Below, piece after piece: positions 6,722 through 12,221 of a stretch of 12,221 bases of DNA. The notes below the pieces were generated by a model, which was given only the letters and a program-made list of their open reading frames with translations, was not told the origin of the DNA and did no database searches. Source of the stretch: Gemmatimonadota bacterium (GTDB lineage Bacteria > Gemmatimonadota > Gemmatimonadetes > Gemmatimonadales > GWC2-71-9); contig JAZDCZ010000088.1 of assembly GCA_036679605.1 (NCBI GenBank), forward strand, positions 1-12,221. Reading direction: 5' to 3'. A program made the translations under genes and the position numbers. How positions within the stretch are numbered: the stretch's first letter is position 1; every line of letters starts with the position of its first letter.

Positions 6722-7378
6722 TCACTGTGCAAAACCCAGCAATTCTTCCAGCTCCACCAGCGAGAGGCTGCGCGACACGAGCCCCTGTTTGTGGACGAAC
6801 GTGGGCGTCCCGCTGATCCCGAGGCGCCGTGCCAATGCCATGTCGCCCGCCAAACGCGCGGCGGCCGCCTCGCCACCCAGACATCGCGAGAACTCTTCAA
6901 GATCGTCCACGCCGGCCGCTTCAGCCTCCCGTACCCAGTTTGGATCTTGCTGCCACTCGGTCGTTTGGAAGAGCTGACGATGCATCGCCTGGAACCGTCC
7001 TTGAGCCTCGGCACAAATCGCTGCCAGGGCGGCGCCCTCAGCAGCTGCATGAAACGAGAGCGGAAAATGACGGTAAACCACGCCAACCTCCGGGTGCTTC
7101 GCGAGTAGCCGCTCGACGGCCGGGGCCGATCGTCGGCAGAAGGGACATTGGAAGTCAGAGAACTCCACCAGCCGAACACTAGCCGCGCCACTATCGAGTC
7201 GGTGACCACCCGCACTCAACGCGGGCCACTGCTCGGCGATCTGATTGCGGATCCGTGTCTCCGCTCGCCACTTCGTAATCGCGTTGCCTAGCAGACCATT
7301 GGGTCCCAGCAACACGAATCCAAGGGCGCCGACGATCAGCACGTTGACCGACCCATTCAATGCTCCGGCCAGCTTCAT
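6722..7378 (-). CDS. Membrane-anchored DsbA-family thiol-disulfide oxidoreductase
   Basis: GGAGGAG SD and N-terminal TM. Motifs VRLVEFSDFQCPFC, VYRHFPLSFH and LGISGTPTF (cis-Pro). A second Cys pair in the helical insert (AAIC, SRC) resembles BdbD-type DsbAs. Confidence 0.93.
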   Translation of the reverse strand: MKLAGALNGSVNVLIVGALGFVLLGPNGLLGNAITKWRAETRIRNQIAEQWPALSAGGHRLDSGAASVRLVEFSDFQCPFCRRSAPAVERLLAKHPEVGVVYRHFPLSFHAAAEGAALAAICAEAQGRFQAMHRQLFQTTEWQQDPNWVREAEAAGVDDLEEFSRCLGGEAAAARLAGDMALARRLGISGTPTFVHKQGLVSRSLSLVELEELLGFAQ

Positions 7379-7507
7379 GTTTCTCCTCCAATCGTTGTAG
7401 TCGCTGGTGCCGTTAACAAATCGCAGATACGGCAGCCGGCAGTGAGAACTGGTGGCGCACCCAGGACGGTCCCCATTTGCGCTCGTGCCACCGCCTTCTA
7501 GTTATAC

Positions 7508-7535
7508 AGTGGCTCCCAACAGGCCAAAGGTCACA
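7508..7535 (-). promoter_or_regulatory. Putative ECF promoter copy C (DsbA-like gene)
   Basis: TGTGACCTTTGGCCTGTTGGGAGCCACT. Confidence 0.8.
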
Positions 7536-7684
7536 AACTGCGGCAAGCGGATTTTACTGGACACCGCTCAAGTTGATGGATTGCAACCAGTTGCGTGTCA
7601 CACCCGCAGAGTCAAGTGCTTTGCGATCGGACAGGAGTCGTGCTCACTCACTCCGTGCGGCTGTGACAAAGCAGGAAAGTGGCA

Positions 7685-7712
7685 TGTGACCTTTGAAGCA
7701 CTGGAGGCCACT
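7685..7712 (+). promoter_or_regulatory. Putative ECF promoter copy D (peptide 2 and propeller lipoprotein unit), divergent from copy C
   Basis: TGTGACCTTTGAAGCACTGGAGGCCACT. The spacer is unrelated to the other copies but the boxes and spacing are identical. Confidence 0.8.
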
Positions 7713-7835
7713 ATAAGGTGTAGGCACCTGGTTGTTGCACGTTCACGGTGCGCGCCTCTTCAGAGCGTATAGGTATGCCGCTGTCGGCCGTGACGGGCTA
7801 ATTTGATCAAACGTACCGAACAGCGGAGGCTCATC

Positions 7836-8054
7836 ATGCACTACCCACTACGCAAACTCATACTCGTGACCGCGGCTATTGTCGCCCTGTCCGCATTACC
7901 CCTGGCAGTCACGGAGTCGGAGGGTCGAGTTTCAATCGGTGTCAGTGACGCATGCGCTCAGGGTGGTTTCTGCTGTCGCCACGAACAGGGTTCGCTGTGC
8001 CCCAGTAGCATACCGGATGGGCAGCCCAAGGGTGACTACACGCCTTGTGGCTAG
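7836..8054 (+). CDS. Secreted cysteine-rich peptide precursor (72 aa)
   Basis: GGAGG SD (7825-7829) precedes ATG 7836. MHYPLRKLILVTAAIVALSALPLAVTESEGRVSIGVSDACAQGGFCCRHEQGSLCPSSIPDGQPKGDYTPCG has basic n- and hydrophobic h-regions and a C-terminal CC-x7-C-x15-C. Confidence 0.82.
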   Translation: MHYPLRKLILVTAAIVALSALPLAVTESEGRVSIGVSDACAQGGFCCRHEQGSLCPSSIPDGQPKGDYTPCG

Positions 8055-8114
8055 TTAGCTACACTGATCCGACGTTGAGTCCGGGTACGATAAAAGCTGA
8101 GTATCACCAATCGC

Positions 8115-9230
8115 ATGGGGACAGTCTTCATGCAATGTAGGTGCACTCTGCGCCGGGTCCGTCTCGCGTGGAGCCTTTCATTGCTAGCGCTGCTCACCCA
8201 TGCGTGCGGTAGCGAGTCAAGCAGCGGGCTACGGTACGGACCGGCTGAACTCGATCACACCGCCGTTGGAGTCATTGACGCCAAGAGCGAGATCCTCTTC
8301 GAGTCGGACACCCTGGCGCTTCCCTCTGACATAGCGGTCGTAGGCGACAACGTGGTTGTCATAGACAATGCCAATGAGCCTGCCGTATTCGTTGTAGACA
8401 GAACAAGTGGAGAAGTGCTGCGTGCGATCGGTAGACGTGGAGACGGCCCTGGCGAGTTCCGGCAGCCCTGGACTCTCGACGCTGTTTCGGGCAGCACGTC
8501 GGAGGTTTGGGTCTACGACTTGGCATTGGGCAGGCTCACGAAGCTGGACGTAACCACATCGGAAGACTCCGCAGACAGCAAGATCGTTACTCTTCAAAGC
8601 AACGGCGCTGCAACGGGTCCGATATGGACCGATGCCAACACGATCGTGAGCCTGGGGCTCTTCGCGACCGGCCGCCTGGCCGTGTTCAACGTGGACGGCG
8701 AGCGGATGGACACTTTTGGAACGGTCCCGCTCGGCCCGCCGAACGTCCCAGCAACGGTGAAGCAGCACGCCTATCAGGCGACACTGGTTCCACATCCCGA
8801 GCGACACCTACTGGCAGCAGTCACGAGACACGCCTCCCGCATCGAGTTATATCGGTCCGACGGCTCGACCGTCGCCATGCTCGACGGCCCTTTGCCATTC
8901 GAACCCCGCTACAGCGTCCGCTCGACAGCAGACGTACCTGTCCTTAAGACCGGCGATGACCTGCGCTTTGGCTACATCGATGGCGCGGGCACCAACAAAT
9001 ACCTGTTCGCGTTGTTCTCCGGCAGGACACGCGAGGGATTCCCCGGGCGTGCAAACTTCGCAAGGTTCGTACACGTATTCAATTGGAATGGCACCTTTGT
9101 GAAAGCCCTTCGCCTGGACCACGACGTGCTGAGCATCGCCGTGGACAGGGAGTCAACGACTCTGTACGCCGTTACGCACGATCCGACACCGGCAATACTG
9201 CGCTATGCTCTATCCGATCTCGTACCGTAG
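8115..9230 (+). CDS. TolB-like 6-bladed beta-propeller lipoprotein (BF3164-like)
   Basis: Lipobox-like LLTHA|C. Motifs PSDIAVVGDNVVVID, IGRRGDGPGEF, GTNKYLFALFSG, VHVFNWNGTFVKALRLD, SIAVD....LYAV. Confidence 0.87.
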   Translation: MGTVFMQCRCTLRRVRLAWSLSLLALLTHACGSESSSGLRYGPAELDHTAVGVIDAKSEILFESDTLALPSDIAVVGDNVVVIDNANEPAVFVVDRTSGEVLRAIGRRGDGPGEFRQPWTLDAVSGSTSEVWVYDLALGRLTKLDVTTSEDSADSKIVTLQSNGAATGPIWTDANTIVSLGLFATGRLAVFNVDGERMDTFGTVPLGPPNVPATVKQHAYQATLVPHPERHLLAAVTRHASRIELYRSDGSTVAMLDGPLPFEPRYSVRSTADVPVLKTGDDLRFGYIDGAGTNKYLFALFSGRTREGFPGRANFARFVHVFNWNGTFVKALRLDHDVLSIAVDRESTTLYAVTHDPTPAILRYALSDLVP

Positions 9231-9256
9231 GGTTTTCCGGGTACTTGCAGCTCGGT

Positions 9257-11416
9257 TTAGGAACCGTCTTCTGCCACATTCGTACCGGTAGGCACGCCCA
9301 GCGCCTCGAGCACGCGCACGATTCCATCCAAAGAGTTCTCGGACAGCCGTATGCGACTCGATCTATCCAGCACCAGGTAAAGCGGTGTTTCCCACAAACC
9401 GAGCGCGTCGCGTGCCTTCCCATCCACCTGAAAAAGTCTCGGTGCGGACGGATGCTGTTGCACGAAACGGTGGAGGCCTGGGGACTGTGACTCCGCCGTC
9501 AAGATCAACACCCGAACCCCGCGTGATTCATAGCGGGCAGTGACTTCCTGCAAGCGCGGCAGTTGATCGAGACACGGGGCGCACAACCAGGACCAGAACG
9601 CCACGAGCGTAACTTGGCCGCCCACGAGTTCGTCTAGCCTATAACTTGCACCCGCCGAGTCGGTCAACTCCACGCCGCCGGGCACAAAGGTGTTGCTCGT
9701 GCCTGCCAGAACGCGCTCGTACATCTCGTTTCGTGCGACCCTCTTCAGCTCTGTCCATCGAGCGCCGTTCACAAGACCGGTCGCCAGCGCCGCAAGCGAA
9801 TCCCGGGCAGCAGTCGTGGTATTCGGGTCGACCGCCAGTCTGGCCAACATGCCAACCGCACCGGCCGTATCGGCAATGCCGAGCCTTACCTCGGCCGATA
9901 CCCCAAAGACCTCCGTATCCCAGCCGGCCGCCGCCTGGTCCAGAGCGTCGAGACCGGCATCGGTGTCGCCCAACTGCACCAGCGCCCTACCTAGCGGTGC
10001 GAGAACTCGGCCACGCTCCGCCTCGTCGTAGCGCCGCTGCTCTGCGGCGGTGCGAGTCAGAGGCCGTCTCCAGCCGGCATCGGTGTCAGCGCGTGCCAGT
10101 GCACCACGCAGCCGCTCTACAGCGACCCTTCTCAATTCCGGCACCTCGGCCAGTTGCTTCGCTACGGCAAGTGCCGCCCACGGTTCCAGCGCCACGCGGC
10201 GGTCGGCCCATCGCAGTATCGCGTCCGGGTTTCCCGCCCGCATTGCCACAGAAAGCGCCATCAGAGGCAGCTGGAAGGAGACTGGGCCAACCTCTTGCCA
10301 CAGCCCTTCCAGTTCCCGCAGCGCACCAGCGCGATCGCTCCCATGTGCGGCTATGATCCGAAAGACACGTTGTTGCACTGCCTGAGGATGGCCCGGTGCT
10401 TCACTTAGCAGCCTGTCCCGCCAGTAATCAACCTTTTCCGGACCTTGCTCTGCGATGAATCCCAGCCAGTACAGTCCCGCCAACGTGTCACCGCTAAGCG
10501 ATATTTCATTGGTGAACCGGCTATGCAACTCCTCGTAGCGCGCTCTCCAACGTCCAGAGAAATCGGTCACGCCGCGTGATTGGTATAAATTTTCCTCGAA
10601 CCCCGCTAGTCGCGACCAGGCATTGGGATTGTCGGGATATAGCTCGGTGGCCCGTCTCGCAGCTTCCAGTCCTCCTTGCCAGTTTCGCTCGCTCAAATCG
10701 TTTTGTTGCTGCACCAACGCGCGATAATCCGGCTCCTCGCCATTGAAGACCAGAAGCTCCCACAACGCACGACGGTTGCTGTCAACTCGCGCACCCAGCG
10801 TATCCTCCACCGCGAATACCGCGTACACCACCGAGTCGGGAAGCTGAACGGTGCCCTCGAATTTCCCGCGTCCAACTTTGTCCAGCTGGCCCACCACAAT
10901 CTGTCGGGCACCCGGATTGTACTCCCGATCGGTGGCCATTCTGTAGCGAGCGCGGAGCACCAGCCGATCTTCGCCCGCGAGCATCGAGGTACTGCGGTAC
11001 TCCACAGCAATCAGATCGCCGCGCTCGGGCTTCTCGGGTGTCAAGATCAACTCTCCCGACATCCGCTCGGCCCCCAAGTCCGGAAGCGAGCGAACCATGA
11101 GAGCGCCTGCGCCCACCAGGGCAACCAGCGCGGCGGCTATCATGCCCAGTCGTTTGGGCAGCGCCGGAAACGGGTCGGACAACGGTAGCACCACCCGCTC
11201 TCCCGCCGCACGCCGCGCCAGGACGCGTTCTAAGATCTCCACGGGCGGTTTCTCGTCCGGCAATGATCTGAGCCGCTCGTCCAAATCCCGAATCGATACA
11301 ACCTTGCGCCGGCACACCGAGCAGCCGGCCAGGTGATCGGCTACCCGCGCACGCTTCTTACCCGCCAATTCGCCGGCGGCGAAGTCACATAGTTTCGAGA
11401 AAGAGACGTGTCCCAT
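9257..11416 (-). CDS. Transmembrane anti-sigma factor: ZAS (zf-HC2), TM, extracytoplasmic TPR-like region, C-terminal TlpA/redoxin domain
   Basis: N-terminal H..(GHVSF)...HLAGCSVC (HxxxCxxC). TM LGMIAAALVALVGAGALMV. TPR-like AARRATELYPDNPNAWSRLA and LGRALVQLGDTDAGLDALDQA. C-terminal GQVTLVAFWSWLCAPCLDQLPRL...LWETPLYLVLD. The ATG directly follows the sigma stop (TAGATG). Confidence 0.87.
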   Translation of the reverse strand: MGHVSFSKLCDFAAGELAGKKRARVADHLAGCSVCRRKVVSIRDLDERLRSLPDEKPPVEILERVLARRAAGERVVLPLSDPFPALPKRLGMIAAALVALVGAGALMVRSLPDLGAERMSGELILTPEKPERGDLIAVEYRSTSMLAGEDRLVLRARYRMATDREYNPGARQIVVGQLDKVGRGKFEGTVQLPDSVVYAVFAVEDTLGARVDSNRRALWELLVFNGEEPDYRALVQQQNDLSERNWQGGLEAARRATELYPDNPNAWSRLAGFEENLYQSRGVTDFSGRWRARYEELHSRFTNEISLSGDTLAGLYWLGFIAEQGPEKVDYWRDRLLSEAPGHPQAVQQRVFRIIAAHGSDRAGALRELEGLWQEVGPVSFQLPLMALSVAMRAGNPDAILRWADRRVALEPWAALAVAKQLAEVPELRRVAVERLRGALARADTDAGWRRPLTRTAAEQRRYDEAERGRVLAPLGRALVQLGDTDAGLDALDQAAAGWDTEVFGVSAEVRLGIADTAGAVGMLARLAVDPNTTTAARDSLAALATGLVNGARWTELKRVARNEMYERVLAGTSNTFVPGGVELTDSAGASYRLDELVGGQVTLVAFWSWLCAPCLDQLPRLQEVTARYESRGVRVLILTAESQSPGLHRFVQQHPSAPRLFQVDGKARDALGLWETPLYLVLDRSSRIRLSENSLDGIVRVLEALGVPTGTNVAEDGS

Positions 11417-11977
11417 CTATTTGGTTCCTTCGAGCAACTCGAGCATGAGAGCCTTCGCTCGCAGCAACCTCATTTTCGAGCCGCCCACGGTTATTCCGAG
11501 CATGCTCGCGATCTCCGAATGCGAATACCCCTCGACGACGCTCATCACGAGCACCGCTCGCAACGAATGCGGCACGCGTGCCAGTGCTCGCTCGAGCGCG
11601 ATCCGCGCTTCGTGCTCCGGCGGTTCCTCAGCCACGGCGGACAGCGGAACGTCGTCAAGGGGAACCTCGGCCCGCCTTCTGGACGAACGGTTTACCCTAT
11701 AGGCGGTTCTGTATGCCACCGTTTTGATCCACCCCTCGAGACTGCCCCGGCCTGTGTAACCTCGCAAAGCTCGAGGCAGGACCATAAAGACGTCCTGAAC
11801 AACATCACTCGCATCGTCACGACACTGTGCAAGTTTGAGCGCTACACCGAAAACCATTGCTCCGAAACGCTCGAAGAGTTCAGTCAAGGCCTCCGGTTCG
11901 CCCGACCGCGCCCGCCTCAGGAAGGCCGGCGATTCCAACCGGTCAATTCTGTCCATCACGGCCGGCGACGTCGCCAT
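11417..11977 (-). CDS. ECF-subfamily sigma-70 factor
   Basis: 186 aa. Region 2 is ARSGEPEALTELFERF...DDASDVVQDVF...SLEGWIKTVA. Region 4 is LRAVLVMSVVEGYSHSEIASMLGITVGGSKMRLLRAK. GAGAGG SD upstream. Confidence 0.95.
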   Translation of the reverse strand: MATSPAVMDRIDRLESPAFLRRARSGEPEALTELFERFGAMVFGVALKLAQCRDDASDVVQDVFMVLPRALRGYTGRGSLEGWIKTVAYRTAYRVNRSSRRRAEVPLDDVPLSAVAEEPPEHEARIALERALARVPHSLRAVLVMSVVEGYSHSEIASMLGITVGGSKMRLLRAKALMLELLEGTK

Positions 11978-12002
11978 GGCACCTCTCGAGGCTCTATACT
12001 AC

Positions 12003-12030
12003 AGTGGCCACGAAGGAGCAAAAGGTCACA
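12003..12030 (-). promoter_or_regulatory. Putative ECF promoter copy E (autoregulatory, 25 bp upstream of the sigma ATG)
   Basis: TGTGACCTTTTGCTCCTTCGTGGCCACT. Confidence 0.82.
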
Positions 12031-12221
12031 TCGGTAGGTTACCCGGATCATAAATCCACTGTCTTCAAACCTTGGGCTGCACTGTACCGGCGATCGGCGA
12101 ATCGACAGAACCAATGCCAATTCGTATCCGACTGGAGGACGGCAATTGTGCTTCCAGCTTCGGGTAGGTGTAATTTGGGGGGTTCGTACCGGCTCCGTTA
12201 GTGCTTTATTGGGACATCGTA

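Noticed and set aside
7575..7602. Extra degenerate promoter TGTGACA-N16-CCATC (minus strand) and GCAAC-CA-GTTGC palindrome
   Set aside because: It lacks the CTTT and GCCACT invariants and the palindrome is short. Too weak to call.
4478..8054. Classical RiPP cluster (ranthipeptide/SCIFF, lanthipeptide, DUF692-modified bufferin-like)
   Set aside because: No modifying enzyme or C39 peptidase transporter is in the window. The precursors have Sec-type signals, and the neighbouring enzymes are thiol-disulfide oxidoreductases. Enzymes acting in trans cannot be excluded.
2884..12030. 28-bp repeated motif read as CRISPR repeats, integron attC sites or IS ends
   Set aside because: Copies are dispersed, on both strands, non-palindromic and variable in the middle. 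No cas, integrase or transposase gene is present. Position and orientation fit promoters.
7..12201. Many alternative ORFs in the track (e.g. 1131-1742+, 6563-7108+, 8229-8807-, 9646-10356+, 11408-12037+)
   Set aside because: They are antisense or out-of-frame shadows of well-supported genes in GC-rich DNA, with no recognisable motifs.
12031..12221. Possible gene end (YDVPIKH*, minus strand) or ncRNA upstream of the sigma promoter
   Set aside because: Too little sequence in the window to support any call.

Overview
GC-rich bacterial DNA. The gene types suggest Gemmatimonadota, but this is inference only. The right three-quarters looks like one self-contained envelope module. It starts with an ECF sigma factor (11417-11977) abutting a 719-aa anti-sigma with the architecture ZAS zinc motif, TM helix, TPR-like region and C-terminal TlpA-type thioredoxin. 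The module also has two unrelated secreted Cys-rich peptides (4478-4705, 7836-8054), two beta-propeller lipoproteins, a DsbA-family oxidoreductase and a single-Cys CxxS thioredoxin-like protein. A barrel-less TonB plug protein lies next to it. A bipartite motif TGTGACCTTT-N12-GCCACT occurs five times with identical spacing. Four copies point into these transcription units, including the sigma gene itself, and one is orphaned at 2884-2911. It is most likely the cognate ECF promoter. The left part holds an efflux adaptor plus a partial TolC gene (missed by the ORF track). It also holds two type II toxin-antitoxin loci with intact antitoxins and broken toxins: higB has an in-frame TAG, and hicA is truncated just before its GSH motif. 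No rRNA, tRNA, CRISPR array or transposase was seen. All calls come from reading motifs by eye; no database searches were run.
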